This document shows positions 175,202-185,883 of a stretch of DNA of 248,000 nt, piece after piece; positions within the stretch are counted from its first letter, which is position 1, and each line of letters opens with the position of its first letter. The position numbers were made by a program, and so were the translations under genes. The stretch is from Hyalangium minutum (GTDB taxonomy: Bacteria; Myxococcota; Myxococcia; Myxococcales; Myxococcaceae). The DNA is taken from assembly GCF_000737315.1 (NCBI RefSeq), contig NZ_JMCB01000002.1:268001-516000 (forward strand). Reading direction: 5' to 3'. The notes beneath the pieces are model-generated. The model saw only the letters and a program-made list of their open reading frames with translations, ran no database searches and was not told where the DNA came from.

Positions 175202-176229
175202 GAGGCCGTGGCGCTCACGCCCCGCTCCACGAAGCGCTCGAGGGTTGCCCGGATCTGCGCGCGCATGTTGGCGGCCGATTCGGGCTTTCCCTCGCGCTGG
175301 CGCTGCCGGTAGGTCTCCGCGAGCGCGAAGAGCTCCTCCGAGCGCCTCCGCCCCTCGGCGTTCTCTCTCATCGTGAGGTGGGGATGGGCCTGGAAGAGGG
175401 CGTGCCACTCCTGGCGCACCTCGCTCCAGAAGCCCTGCGTGTCCGTCCAGTAGGCGCTCGCCTCGGGCAGGCTCTGGGCCTCCGGCAGCCGGGTGTAGAC
175501 GTTGAGTCCCCGCTCCCGTACCAGCGCATGCGGCACCGGGCCGAGCACCACCTTCAGGCTGTCCTGCTCGTGCACCCAGCCCGTGGGCGTCAAGGCGTGC
175601 CGGTTGGTGCCAGTCAGGACGTCGTAGTCGCTCCGCTTCGTGTACTCGCGGCGCGGCAAGGGGCGCCATGTCTCGCCGGACTGCCAGGAGGACACTCCGC
175701 GAGCATGGGTCCAGCGCCCCGAGCCCTCATACCGAGGCCCATCGTCGACCTCGAACACGGCTTGGCTCCACGTACACCGGGCCTCCGCCGGGGACAGCGC
175801 ATGGTGCTCCCATGACTGGCGGCCGCGAAACTCGAGCAACTCGGTGTCCTCGAACGTCCAGTCCTGGCGCCAGTGCTTGAGGGGCGCTGGCTGTCCGTCT
175901 TTCGTCACCACCAGGATGTGCTGGAGCGACACGCGCCCCGGCGTGTCCTCCACCACCCCCACCCACTCCGTCCCCGTGGTGCGGTAGGGAGCCCGCGGCG
176001 TGTAGCCCTCGCTGAGGCTCACCGTCTCTTCAAAGGCGAACTCCACCCGGTAGCTTCCCGCCATGCGAAGAATCGCGGCCCTGTCGCGCTCCGGATCACA
176101 CCCCTCTGCCGCCGGCGCTTCCACCTGGACCGTGGGGGAGATGCTCCGAGGCGCGCAGGCCAGGGTCAGTGTGAGCAGGGCCCAGCGCGGCACAGGGCTC
176201 CTCCGTGGCTCCGTTGTGTGGAACGTCAT
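175180..176229 (-). CDS. DUF6607-like lipoprotein
   Basis: DR.AIL.MAG.Y.V.F.F.ET, LQHIL, KHWRQDW, WRPLPRRE. Confidence 0.7.
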   Translation of the reverse strand: MTFHTTEPRRSPVPRWALLTLTLACAPRSISPTVQVEAPAAEGCDPERDRAAILRMAGSYRVEFAFEETVSLSEGYTPRAPYRTTGTEWVGVVEDTPGRVSLQHILVVTKDGQPAPLKHWRQDWTFEDTELLEFRGRQSWEHHALSPAEARCTWSQAVFEVDDGPRYEGSGRWTHARGVSSWQSGETWRPLPRREYTKRSDYDVLTGTNRHALTPTGWVHEQDSLKVVLGPVPHALVRERGLNVYTRLPEAQSLPEASAYWTDTQGFWSEVRQEWHALFQAHPHLTMRENAEGRRRSEELFALAETYRQRQREGKPESAANMRAQIRATLERFVERGVSATASQREASR

Positions 176230-176306
176230 GGGATGCCCTCCGGTTGAGATGGGAAGCCGGTGTTGAAGGTGTGAGCTGTCACTTCATGGGCGTGCGTGTC
176301 CCAGCC

Positions 176307-176963
176307 CTATCCTTGAGGGGCAGGCGGCTTCACGCTCCCCCAGTGGAGCTGGAACATCGCTGGGGTCCCTGCCGCGTCGTAGTAGGACAGGATCCGCACC
176401 TTGAAGTAGGCGCCCTCATCCGTCCGGACGACATAGAGCATGCTGCGCGGCGAGAGCTGGTGCGTCCTCGGGTCGTAGCTGTACCAGGCCGTTCCCGACT
176501 CGAAGGCGGTGTCCGGGTCCGTGTTCTCGTCGGCACCATCCTCCGCGTCGGTGACGTACCCCTCCGCGGGGGCTTGGCTCACCTGGGCAAAGTCCGCGTC
176601 CGCAAGGATGGCCGCCGCTACGGCTCCGCTGCCATTCACGCCTCCCCGGACGCGGATGTGAAACCGCTGGAAGGCCAAGTCCCACTGCTTGTCCTCGGTC
176701 CCCTCTACCTGCTGACGCTGATCCAGGTCGAAGCCGATCCACTTCTCCGAGCTCGTCGCGTCGAGGGTGGTGGTGAGGGTGCCGTCGCCGTTGTCCACGT
176801 GGCGGATGTTCGGCTCTTGCGGCGCGTTGCCAGGATCCTCGATGTCGGGAACGTCGTCGGGATTCGGCTGGAGGTCCGGGCCACAGGCCGCCAGCCACCC
176901 CGTGAGGAGCAGCACCGAGGCGAGGGGACGGCGGAGCGCGGGGCGAAGGGGCAGGGCACGCAT
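176307..176963 (-). CDS. hmuY: HmuY-family heme-binding lipoprotein
   Basis: Lipobox LAAC; WDLAFQR, WYSYD. Confidence 0.8.
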   Translation of the reverse strand: MRALPLRPALRRPLASVLLLTGWLAACGPDLQPNPDDVPDIEDPGNAPQEPNIRHVDNGDGTLTTTLDATSSEKWIGFDLDQRQQVEGTEDKQWDLAFQRFHIRVRGGVNGSGAVAAAILADADFAQVSQAPAEGYVTDAEDGADENTDPDTAFESGTAWYSYDPRTHQLSPRSMLYVVRTDEGAYFKVRILSYYDAAGTPAMFQLHWGSVKPPAPQG

Positions 176964-176992
176964 GCGAGTCACCTGAGGGAAAGCGAGGAGCA

Positions 176993-178906
176993 TCAGAGCT
177001 GGAAGGACAGCCCGGCTTGGAAGGTGCGAGGCAGGATGGGCAGATCCGTGGTGTTGCCAGTCGCGGTGAGGTTGGAGCCGGCCACGAAGAGGCGGAAGCC
177101 CGCGGGGAGCTGCTGAGAGGCGCGGGCGTCCAGCGAGACGTAGGGGTCGGACTGATACGGGTCCGCGGTCCCATCCCCGTCCACGTCCGGGTAGAAGGGG
177201 CGGGGGCCCACGAGCGCGCCGCGCACCCACGCCTCCAGTCCCCAGGGCCGGAAGCGCCAGGTGGCCTGGGCCGTGAAGCGGTGGCGGGCCTGGCCCTCCA
177301 GGGGCTCTCCGGTGGTCTGATCCCTGCCGACCGTGAGCGTGTAGCTGGCGTCCACGGTGAGGCCGCCGGGGATGCGCTGGCGCAGGCCCACTTCGCCTCC
177401 GCGGACGCTGGCCCGCTCGAGGTTGGTGTAGATGAAGTGCTGCCCCTCCGTGTCTTGCCGGAGCGAGATGGTGATCATGTCCCGCAGCGAGTGCTGATAG
177501 CCACTCAGCCAGAGCAGAGTCGGCGCGGCGGGCCGCAACTCCACGGACAGGTTCACGCTGCGGGAGCGCTCGGGCTGCAGGTCCGGATTGCCGCGCACGG
177601 TGTAGCCCACCGAGGGATTCTCGAAGTCGAGCAGCAGCTCCTGGAAGCTGGGCGCACGCAGCCCCCAGCCATAGCTGGCCCGGAGCGTGACGCGGGAATG
177701 CGGATCCAGCCGCAGTGCGAGCCGCGGCGTGATGGCAGGGCCGAACTGCGAGTCCAGATCGAGCCGCGCCCCCGGGACGAGGATGAGGCGCGGCTGGAGG
177801 AGCACCGTCCAGTTGTCCTGCACGTAGAGCGACGCGCGGCCCCGCTGCCCGCTCCCGCTGTCCAGCCGGTCCGCTGCGAGGTGCTCTCCGAGCAGCTCCA
177901 CGCCTTGGATGAGCACATGCCGCTCTCCGAGCTTCAGATCGAGCTGACCGCCGAGCTGGGCCAGCTGATCCCGCGTGTCCTCCACCGAGTCGAGCGCGGT
178001 CCCCTGGCGCTGGTCGAGCAGGTAGCGGCGCTTGAACCCCGTGTAGTACGCCTCCGTGCGGAGGCTCATCGTGTCACTGAGCCGCCAGGAGGGCGACAGC
178101 CTCACGGACAAGGTGTCATCCCGGCTGGCGCGGTCGAAGGTGGCGCCCGTCGCTCCGAGGTCGACTCCGCGCTGGACGCGCCGGGAGTAGGACAGCGTGC
178201 TGGCCAGCTCCGAAGACTCCCCGCGCACGTCCCCGCGAGCGGAGACCTGGAAGCCCGCGAGGCTGCTGCCCGTGGTGCCAATGTCCGCGGGCTCCAAATC
178301 GTAGGCATCGCGGCGCTGTAGGCCTCCACTCACCCGCAGGCCCCAGTCCTCCCGCTGCATCTCACCCGTGGCGTCCACGTCGGCCTGCCGCAGGCTCCCG
178401 TACGTCACACGAAGGTCGGCGCCGAGCGGGCGGCGGGCCCGGCGGGTGATGAGGTTCACCACTCCCGCCACCGCGTCACTTCCATAGAGGACCGAGGAGG
178501 GACCTTTGACGATCTCCACCTGCTCGATGTCCTCCAGAGAGATGCGGGACAAGTCCACCGCGCCATTGACGCGCCCGTTGACCCGCTCGCCGTCCACGAG
178601 GACCAGCGCGTACTCGGGCCCGAGTCCCTGCACTTGGAGGGTGGCCCCCGAGAACGTGGACTGCACCTCCAGCCCCGGCTGGGCGCCGAGCAGCTCCGCG
178701 ACGCTCTGGGCCCCACTGGCCACGATCTCCGCGCGGGTGATGACCTCGGTCGCGACCGGAGTGTCCTCCAGCCGCTCGGGAGAACGGGCGGCCGTCACCA
178801 CTGTCTGCGCGGGAGGAGCCTCCACGCCGCCGTCAGAGGGCTCCTCGCCCCAGGCCCTCCACGGAATGGCGACCGCCACGAAGAGAAGACACCAGCGCCC
178901 CGACAT
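176993..178906 (-). CDS. TonB-dependent receptor (heme/B12-like)
   Basis: LVLVDG, IEQVEIVKGP.S.LYG, C-terminal FQL. Confidence 0.9.
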   Translation of the reverse strand: MSGRWCLLFVAVAIPWRAWGEEPSDGGVEAPPAQTVVTAARSPERLEDTPVATEVITRAEIVASGAQSVAELLGAQPGLEVQSTFSGATLQVQGLGPEYALVLVDGERVNGRVNGAVDLSRISLEDIEQVEIVKGPSSVLYGSDAVAGVVNLITRRARRPLGADLRVTYGSLRQADVDATGEMQREDWGLRVSGGLQRRDAYDLEPADIGTTGSSLAGFQVSARGDVRGESSELASTLSYSRRVQRGVDLGATGATFDRASRDDTLSVRLSPSWRLSDTMSLRTEAYYTGFKRRYLLDQRQGTALDSVEDTRDQLAQLGGQLDLKLGERHVLIQGVELLGEHLAADRLDSGSGQRGRASLYVQDNWTVLLQPRLILVPGARLDLDSQFGPAITPRLALRLDPHSRVTLRASYGWGLRAPSFQELLLDFENPSVGYTVRGNPDLQPERSRSVNLSVELRPAAPTLLWLSGYQHSLRDMITISLRQDTEGQHFIYTNLERASVRGGEVGLRQRIPGGLTVDASYTLTVGRDQTTGEPLEGQARHRFTAQATWRFRPWGLEAWVRGALVGPRPFYPDVDGDGTADPYQSDPYVSLDARASQQLPAGFRLFVAGSNLTATGNTTDLPILPRTFQAGLSFQL

Positions 178907-178916
178907 AGATAACCAC

Positions 178917-178935
178917 GATATTGATACTGATTATC
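178917..178935. promoter_or_regulatory. Fur box in divergent promoter
   Basis: GATATTGATACTGATTATC, 16/19 to consensus. Confidence 0.75.
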
Positions 178936-178984
178936 AAAGTCAAATATGTCAGGGAGACAACTTCTTCCTATTGTCGGGATTCGT

Positions 178985-180472
178985 ATGCTCCTTCGCCCAC
179001 TGGCCCTTGTTGCTGCGCTGTTACTCGCTGCATGTGGATCGGACCCTGGCGCCCCGCGCGGCCCCTTGCCAGACCCAGACACGCAGGCGCCGCAGGTTCA
179101 GGTCCTGTCGCCCACGATGCACCAGAGCATCACCGTGCGGCGCGTGCGCGTGGAGGGGCTGGCCACGGATGATCGGCAGCTGGTGTCCCTCGCCTGGGAG
179201 CTCAATGGCGGGACGCCGCAAGCGCTGGACGTGACGCAGCTGGAGGCTCTGGGCGCCTTTGCCTTCGAGGTGACTCCCCGCCCGGGTGCCAACGCGTTGG
179301 TGCTGCGCGCCCAGGACGCCGCTGGCAACACCACGGAGGGGCGCACCACCTTCCTGTTCGGAAACCAGAGCGGAGGCGGCGGGCTGCACAGCGGGGTGAT
179401 CCGTGACGGCTCCCTCTACACCTGGGGCCGGAACAACCGGGGGCAGCTCGGCCTCGGCGCCGCGGTGACGGAGGACCAGAAGCTGCCGCGGAAGGTGCCG
179501 ACCCTCGAGGATGTCGCCGCCATGGCCTTCAACCAGAACCAGTCCCTGGCGCTGAAGGCGGACGGCACCGTGTGGAGCTGGGGCGAGAACGCGCAGGGGC
179601 AGCTTGGCGTGGGGACTCCGCCCGAGCCGGGCTCACCCCACACGGCGGACCTCACGCCTCGCTCGAGCCCCACGCGGATTCCGGGGCTGAGCGGCGTGGT
179701 GGCCATCGCGCTGGGCTACCGCCATGGTCTGGTGCTGATGGCGGATGGCACCGTGCGAGCCTTTGGGGACAACTCCACCGGCCAACTGGGGGATGGCTCC
179801 TCGGAGGCCCTCAGGGACTCCCCCGTCACGGCCGTGGGGCTGACGGACATCGTGAAGGTGGCCGGTGGCTCCATGCACTCGGTGGCGTTGAGGGCGGACG
179901 GCACCGTCTGGGTCTGGGGGCGCAACACCTACGGCAACCTCGGCCAGGGCACTTCGGATGCGGTGGCCCATCCCAATCCCGTGCAGGTGCCCGGTGTCAC
180001 CGGGGTGATCGACATCGCCACGGGCAGGGACCACGTGCTCGCTTTGCACGCGGATGGGACGGTCTCCTCGTGGGGGCTGGATGCCAGTGGCCAGCTCGGC
180101 TTTGGCGAGCCCATCCCGGACGAGCAAAGCGCCACGCCCGTGAAGGTCAAAGGGCTGGCGGATGCGCGCGCCGTCTTCGCCAACGCCAACATGAGCTATG
180201 CCCGGCGGGCGGATGGCACGCTCGTCTCCTGGGGGCAGAACTTCAACGGCCAGCTCGGCAACGGCGGCAAGACGGACAGCAACGTTCCTGTGACTTCAGT
180301 TCCTCTGCTCAAGGGGCTCTCCTCGTTGGGGGCGGGCGCCACGCACGTCGTCTCCATCCGTGAGGATGGGAAGTTCTTCACGTGGGGGTGGAACTCGCGC
180401 GGCAGCCTGGGCCGGGATGATCTGCTCGATAACTGGTCCTACCCTGAGCCGATCCAGGTCTCGCTGCCATGA
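178985..180472 (+). CDS. RCC1-repeat lipoprotein
   Basis: Repeated WG.N..GQLG. Confidence 0.88.
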   Translation: MLLRPLALVAALLLAACGSDPGAPRGPLPDPDTQAPQVQVLSPTMHQSITVRRVRVEGLATDDRQLVSLAWELNGGTPQALDVTQLEALGAFAFEVTPRPGANALVLRAQDAAGNTTEGRTTFLFGNQSGGGGLHSGVIRDGSLYTWGRNNRGQLGLGAAVTEDQKLPRKVPTLEDVAAMAFNQNQSLALKADGTVWSWGENAQGQLGVGTPPEPGSPHTADLTPRSSPTRIPGLSGVVAIALGYRHGLVLMADGTVRAFGDNSTGQLGDGSSEALRDSPVTAVGLTDIVKVAGGSMHSVALRADGTVWVWGRNTYGNLGQGTSDAVAHPNPVQVPGVTGVIDIATGRDHVLALHADGTVSSWGLDASGQLGFGEPIPDEQSATPVKVKGLADARAVFANANMSYARRADGTLVSWGQNFNGQLGNGGKTDSNVPVTSVPLLKGLSSLGAGATHVVSIREDGKFFTWGWNSRGSLGRDDLLDNWSYPEPIQVSLP

Positions 180473-181917
180473 GAGGTCCGGGCCTGGCGCTGCTGGTGGT
180501 GTGGCTGGCGAGCTCCGCCTGCAGCCCGGGAGATGCCCCGGTTCCGTTTCCTCCCGAGGAAGAGCCCGCGCCGTCCGGACCCGAGCCGCCGCCCCGCCAT
180601 GACTTCGTGGAGCCTGGCGAGGAGCTGCCAGGCGGCGCAACCACCGTGGTGGATACGAGCCCCGAGGCCTTTACCCATCCCGCGGCGAACCTCTCGGTGG
180701 AGAGGCGCTCGGAGTTTCTCGTGGGCGAGGCCTTCTTCGAGGTGGACTGGCTCGTGGCGCCCAACGCCCGGACGGATCGGGACGGGCTGGGCCCGCTCTA
180801 TCATGCGGTCTCCTGTCTGGCGTGCCATCAGCGCAACGGGAGAGGCGCTCCGCCCAGTCCGGGGGAGGGCGTGCTCTCGTTGCTGGTGCGGATGAGTGTG
180901 CCGGGCGCGGACGCCCAGGGCGCTCCTGTGCCGGAGCCTACCTACGGAGATCAGCTGCAGCCCCGTGCCGTAGCGGGTGTTCCGCCCGAAGCCTCCGTGC
181001 AGGTGCGCACCACGGAGCTGCCGGGGGCCTTCGAGGACGGTGAGCCCTATGCGCTCGAGGCTCCCGAGTACGTCCTCACGGATCTGGCCCATGGCCCGCT
181101 GCGGCCCGACACGCGCTTGTCACCGCGGGTGGCCCAGCCGGTGTTCGGCCTTGGCCTGTTGGCGGCCGTGCCCGAGGCGCTCCTGCTGGAGTGGGCGGAT
181201 GCCGAGGACGCGAACGGGGACGGCATCTCCGGCAGGCCCAATCGCGTGTGGAACCGGCGGCTCGGGCAGACCGTACTGGGGCGCTTTGGATGGAAGGCCA
181301 ACCAGCCGAATCTGGAGCATCAGAATGCCGGTGCTCTGGCGGGCGATATGGGGCTCACTTCGCCGCTGGCGCCCAGTGAGTCCTGCACCTCCGCGCAGGC
181401 CGCGTGCCTCGCCGCGCCCAACGGTGGCACGCCCGAGGTGGACGCGCGCAAGCTGACGGCGCTCACCTTCTACACCCATGTCCTCGGAGTGCCCGCCCGC
181501 CAGGGGGTGGATGTGCCCCGGGTGCTGCGAGGCAAGGAGCTCTTTCACCGTGCCGGGTGCGCACGGTGCCATCGGCCATCGATGGAGACAGGCGCACTGG
181601 AGGGCCACCCCGAGCTGTCCCATCAGCTCATCTGGCCGTACACCGATTTGCTGCTGCATGACATGGGAGCGGGGCTGGCGGACGGACGCGAGGACTTCGC
181701 GGCCTCTGGACAGGAGTGGCGCACACCGCCGCTGTGGGGGCTGGGGCGAACAGCGGCCGTGAGTGGACACACGCGCTTGCTCCATGACGGGCGGGCCCGC
181801 TCGGTGATGGAGGCCATCCTCTGGCACGGAGGCGAGGCCGAGGCGTCACGCGAGCACGTCCGGCGGCTCACGCGCGAGGAGCGCACGGCCCTCCTCGCAT
181901 TCCTCGAGTCCCTCTGA
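180469..181917 (+). CDS. Di-heme oxidoreductase (DHOR) family lipoprotein
   Basis: GLGP, CLACH and CARCH heme motifs, LLHDGRA. Confidence 0.9.
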   Translation: MRGPGLALLVVWLASSACSPGDAPVPFPPEEEPAPSGPEPPPRHDFVEPGEELPGGATTVVDTSPEAFTHPAANLSVERRSEFLVGEAFFEVDWLVAPNARTDRDGLGPLYHAVSCLACHQRNGRGAPPSPGEGVLSLLVRMSVPGADAQGAPVPEPTYGDQLQPRAVAGVPPEASVQVRTTELPGAFEDGEPYALEAPEYVLTDLAHGPLRPDTRLSPRVAQPVFGLGLLAAVPEALLLEWADAEDANGDGISGRPNRVWNRRLGQTVLGRFGWKANQPNLEHQNAGALAGDMGLTSPLAPSESCTSAQAACLAAPNGGTPEVDARKLTALTFYTHVLGVPARQGVDVPRVLRGKELFHRAGCARCHRPSMETGALEGHPELSHQLIWPYTDLLLHDMGAGLADGREDFAASGQEWRTPPLWGLGRTAAVSGHTRLLHDGRARSVMEAILWHGGEAEASREHVRRLTREERTALLAFLESL

Positions 181918-182004
181918 GCGGGGTCTGAGTGCCAGAAGACGTGCCGGTGACCACCGTAAGAGAATGAAGGGAGCTCCGTCAGCCAGGGTGAAAGGAACAG
182001 AGCA

Positions 182005-184482
182005 ATGAACCACCCTCACCCTCCTGAGAAGCATTCCCACGCCCACTCGCACGCTCCGGTACCGGCCGAGGGCGACACCCGGCCCGTGGACCCCGTCTGC
182101 GGCATGAAGGTGAACCCCGAGGCCCCCAAGGGAGGCACTTCCGAGTACGAGGGCCACACCTACTTCTTTTGCAATCCGAAGTGCCGGGAGAAGTTCCGCG
182201 CCGAGCCGCTGAAGTACCTGAAGCCCCAGGCGGAGCCACTCCTCCCCGCTCCGGCGGGGACGACGTACATCTGCCCGATGGACCCCGAGGTCCGGCAGGA
182301 CCATCCGGGGGCCTGTCCGAAGTGCGGCATGGCGCTGGAGCCCGAGGCGCCCGTGCTGGAGACGAAGACGGAGTACGTCTGTCCCATGCACCCGGAGGTG
182401 GTGCAGGACCACCCGGGAACCTGCCCGAAGTGCGGCATGGCGCTGGAGCCGCGCACCGCCGTGGCCGAGGAGAAGCCTGACCCGGAGCTGATCAGCATGA
182501 CGCGCCGGTTCTGGGTGTCGCTGGTGCTCACCGTGCCTGGGGTCTTCCTGGGGATGTCGGACCTGATTCCCGGGCAGCCGGTGCAGCGGATGTTCTCGCC
182601 GGGCCTGCTGGCGTGGGTGCAGCTCGTGCTGGCCTCTCCGGTGGTGCTGTGGGGCGGGTGGCCCTTCTTCGAGCGGGGCTGGGCCTCGGTGCGCAACCGG
182701 CACCTGAACATGTTCACGCTCATCGCGCTGGGCACGGGCGCGGCGTACCTCTTCAGCGTCTTCGCCACGCTCTTCCCGAGCACACTGCCGCACGCCTTCA
182801 CTGGCCACGGAGGCAGCATCCCCGTCTACTTCGAGGCGGCCGCGGCCATCACCACGCTCGTGTTGGTGGGACAGGTGCTGGAACTGCGCGCGCGCCGTGC
182901 CACGTCGGGAGCGCTCCGGGCCCTGCTGAGCCTGGCGCCCGCCACGGCCCGCCGCATCCGTGAGGACGGACAGGAGGAAGACATCCCGCTGGCGCACGTG
183001 CACGCGGGGGAGCGGCTGCGCGTGCGTCCGGGCGAGAAGGTGCCCGTGGACGGAGTGGTGCTGGAGGGGAGGAGCGCGGTGGACGAGTCCATGGTGACGG
183101 GCGAGTCCCTGCCAGTGGAGAAGGCGCCGGGCCTGAAGGTGACGGGCGGCACCGTCAACGGGACGGGGAGCCTCATCATGCGGGCCGAGCGGGTGGGGCG
183201 GGACACCCTGCTGGCGCGCATCGTCCAGCGGGTGAGCGAGGCCCAGCGCAGCCGGGCGCCCATCCAGCGGCTGGCGGACAAGGTGTCGGCCCTCTTCGTG
183301 CCAGCGGTCATCGCGGTAGCGGTGGTCACGGCCATCATCTGGGGCATGTGGGGGCCAGAGCCTCGGCTGGCGCATGCGCTGGTGAACGCAGTGGCGGTGC
183401 TCATCATCGCCTGCCCGTGCGCGCTGGGTCTGGCTACGCCCATCTCGGTGGTGGTGGGCATGGGGCGAGGGGCGCAGGCGGGCGTGCTCATCCGGGACGC
183501 GGCTGCGCTCGAGCGGCTGGAGAAGGTGGACACGCTGGTGGTGGACAAGACGGGGACGCTCACGGAGGGCAAGCCGCGGCTGGTGTCGGTGGTGCCCTCG
183601 GCGGGCTTCGCGGAGGCGCAGCTGCTCCGGCTCGCCGCGAGCCTGGAGCGCGGCAGCGAGCACCCACTGGCTGCTGCCATCGTGGCCGGAGCGCAGGAGC
183701 GGGGCGTGGTGCTGGCGCAGGTGCAGGACTTCCGCTCGCTGACGGGCCAGGGCGTGACGGGCAAGGTGGATGGAACCGCCGTGGCGCTGGGCAACGCGGC
183801 GCTGCTGGCCGTGCTGGAGACGGATGCTGGCGCGCTGTCCGAGCAGGCCGAGTCGCTGCGGCGCGAGGGGCAGACGGTGGTCTACGTGGTGGCGGAGGGG
183901 CAGCCGGCCGGGTTGCTCGGGGTGGCGGATCCGGTCAAGGCGTCCACGCCCGAGGCGCTCGCGCTGTTGCGCCAAGAGGGCCTGCGGGTGGTGATGCTCA
184001 CGGGGGACAGCCGCACCACAGCGGAGGCGGTGGCGCGCAGGCTGAGCATCACCGAGGTCGTGGCGGAAGTGCTCCCGGAGGCCAAGGGAGACGTGGTGAA
184101 GAAGCTCCAGGCCGAGGGCCGGGTGGTGGCGATGGCGGGAGACGGCGTCAACGACGCTCCGGCGCTCGCGCAGGCGGACGTAGGCATCGCCATGGGCACG
184201 GGGACGGACATCGCCATGGAGAGCGCGGGTGTGACCCTGGTGAAGGGAGACCTGCGAGGCATCGCCCGGGCGAGGAAGCTCAGCCAGGGCACGCTGCGCA
184301 ACATCCGGCAGAACCTGTTCTTCGCTTTCGTCTACAACATGCTCGGAGTTCCTCTGGCGGCCGGTGTTCTCTATCCGGCGTTCGGTCTGCTCCTCAGTCC
184401 GATGATCGCCAGCGCGGCGATGAGCCTGTCCTCGGTGTCGGTCATCACCAACGCGCTGCGGCTGCGCAAGCTGTCTCTGTAG
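182005..184482 (+). CDS. copA: Cu(I)-type P1B ATPase with YHS and heavy-metal-binding domains
   Basis: DPVCGM, CPMHP, CPCALG, DKTGT, GDGVND, YN..G.P. Confidence 0.92.
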   Translation: MNHPHPPEKHSHAHSHAPVPAEGDTRPVDPVCGMKVNPEAPKGGTSEYEGHTYFFCNPKCREKFRAEPLKYLKPQAEPLLPAPAGTTYICPMDPEVRQDHPGACPKCGMALEPEAPVLETKTEYVCPMHPEVVQDHPGTCPKCGMALEPRTAVAEEKPDPELISMTRRFWVSLVLTVPGVFLGMSDLIPGQPVQRMFSPGLLAWVQLVLASPVVLWGGWPFFERGWASVRNRHLNMFTLIALGTGAAYLFSVFATLFPSTLPHAFTGHGGSIPVYFEAAAAITTLVLVGQVLELRARRATSGALRALLSLAPATARRIREDGQEEDIPLAHVHAGERLRVRPGEKVPVDGVVLEGRSAVDESMVTGESLPVEKAPGLKVTGGTVNGTGSLIMRAERVGRDTLLARIVQRVSEAQRSRAPIQRLADKVSALFVPAVIAVAVVTAIIWGMWGPEPRLAHALVNAVAVLIIACPCALGLATPISVVVGMGRGAQAGVLIRDAAALERLEKVDTLVVDKTGTLTEGKPRLVSVVPSAGFAEAQLLRLAASLERGSEHPLAAAIVAGAQERGVVLAQVQDFRSLTGQGVTGKVDGTAVALGNAALLAVLETDAGALSEQAESLRREGQTVVYVVAEGQPAGLLGVADPVKASTPEALALLRQEGLRVVMLTGDSRTTAEAVARRLSITEVVAEVLPEAKGDVVKKLQAEGRVVAMAGDGVNDAPALAQADVGIAMGTGTDIAMESAGVTLVKGDLRGIARARKLSQGTLRNIRQNLFFAFVYNMLGVPLAAGVLYPAFGLLLSPMIASAAMSLSSVSVITNALRLRKLSL

Positions 184483-184563
184483 CGCTCGCTTCCTCGCCTC
184501 TTTGGGGTTGGTGGCGTCCTGCTCGCGCCCCACCCTCTCCATTCAAGGACTCAAGGTCTGCCT

Positions 184564-185835
184564 ATGCGCAACGCATTGCTGGTGGTCTGCCTTGTGCTGA
184601 TTCCCCTGAGCGTCGGGGCGCAGCACTCCCACGCGGAACCTGAAGCGGCCATGGCCTCCGAGGTGAAGTCCGTGCGCGACATTCCGATGATGCGCACGGC
184701 CTCGGGCACGGCGTGGCAGCCGGATGCCTCACCTCACATCGGAGTCCACTGGGGCGCGGCAGGCTGGCACTTCATGGTTCACGGCCTGCTCTTTGGCGGG
184801 TACGACTGGCAGCAAGGTGCGCGCGGTGGCGATGCCCCGCTTGGGTTGGGGTGGCTGATGCTGATGGCCGACCGCGAACTCGGAGCAGGGCGCCTCGGCG
184901 CGCGGGTGATGCTCAGCCCCGAGCCCTTCACCGCCCAGCACCACGGCGGCTATCCGCTGCTGCTCCAGACCGGCGAGACGTACCGGGGCGAGCCCCTGCG
185001 AGACCGGCAGCACCCGCACGATCTCTTCATGGAGCTGGCCGCCGTCTATACCCATGTGCTCTCGAACAACTGGGGCTTCCAGCTCTATGCCGCGCCCGCG
185101 GGGGAGCCCGCGCTCGGCCCCGCGGCCTTCCCGCATCGCCTGTCCGCCTCGTCGGATCCGCTGGCGGCCCTGAGCCACCACTGGCAGGACTCCACGCACA
185201 TCTCGTTCGGCGTGCTCACTGCGGGCCTGCTCACGCCCGTGGCAAAGCTGGAGGGCTCCTGGTTCAACGGCCGCGAGCCCGACGAGAACCGCCTCGACAT
185301 CGACTTCCGGAAGCTCGACGCCTACTCGCTGCGGCTGAGCGTCAACCCCACGCCCGAGGTCAGCGCGCAGGTGTCCTATGGCTACCTCCCCAGCCATGAC
185401 GTGCTCCACGCGGATGAGCCGCTGCACCGCCTCACGGCCTCGGCCATGTTCCACCGGCCACTCGGTGACGGAGGACTCTGGGCGACGACAGCGGTCTTCG
185501 GGCGCAACGTGGAGGGCGAGCACGGCGGCACCAACGCCTACCTCCTGGAGACGAACCTGAACCTGGATGGCCGCAACGTGCTCTTCGGTCGCGCCGAGCT
185601 CATCGAGAAGACGGGCCATGATCTGAGCCTGGACGAGCCGCTGGCGGAGGAGACCTTCCCCGTGACTGTGCTCGCCCTGGGCTACCTGCGGAACCTGGGC
185701 CACGTAGGGCCCGTGGTGCCAGGAGTGGGCCTCCGTGCGGCGGTGAACTTCGTGCCAGAGCGCCTCGAGTCCACTTATGGCGGACGGACACCTGTCGGTG
185801 GCATGCTCTATCTGCGATTGTCTTCCATGCCGTGA
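184564..185835 (+). CDS. Exported His/Met-containing beta-barrel-like protein next to copA
   Basis: Signal peptide; DRQHPHDLFMEL, HHWQDSTH. Confidence 0.65.
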   Translation: MRNALLVVCLVLIPLSVGAQHSHAEPEAAMASEVKSVRDIPMMRTASGTAWQPDASPHIGVHWGAAGWHFMVHGLLFGGYDWQQGARGGDAPLGLGWLMLMADRELGAGRLGARVMLSPEPFTAQHHGGYPLLLQTGETYRGEPLRDRQHPHDLFMELAAVYTHVLSNNWGFQLYAAPAGEPALGPAAFPHRLSASSDPLAALSHHWQDSTHISFGVLTAGLLTPVAKLEGSWFNGREPDENRLDIDFRKLDAYSLRLSVNPTPEVSAQVSYGYLPSHDVLHADEPLHRLTASAMFHRPLGDGGLWATTAVFGRNVEGEHGGTNAYLLETNLNLDGRNVLFGRAELIEKTGHDLSLDEPLAEETFPVTVLALGYLRNLGHVGPVVPGVGLRAAVNFVPERLESTYGGRTPVGGMLYLRLSSMP

Positions 185836-185883
185836 GCTTGGGCCGGGGCTCCGGAGTCACTCCCACTTCAGGAGTCTTCGACG

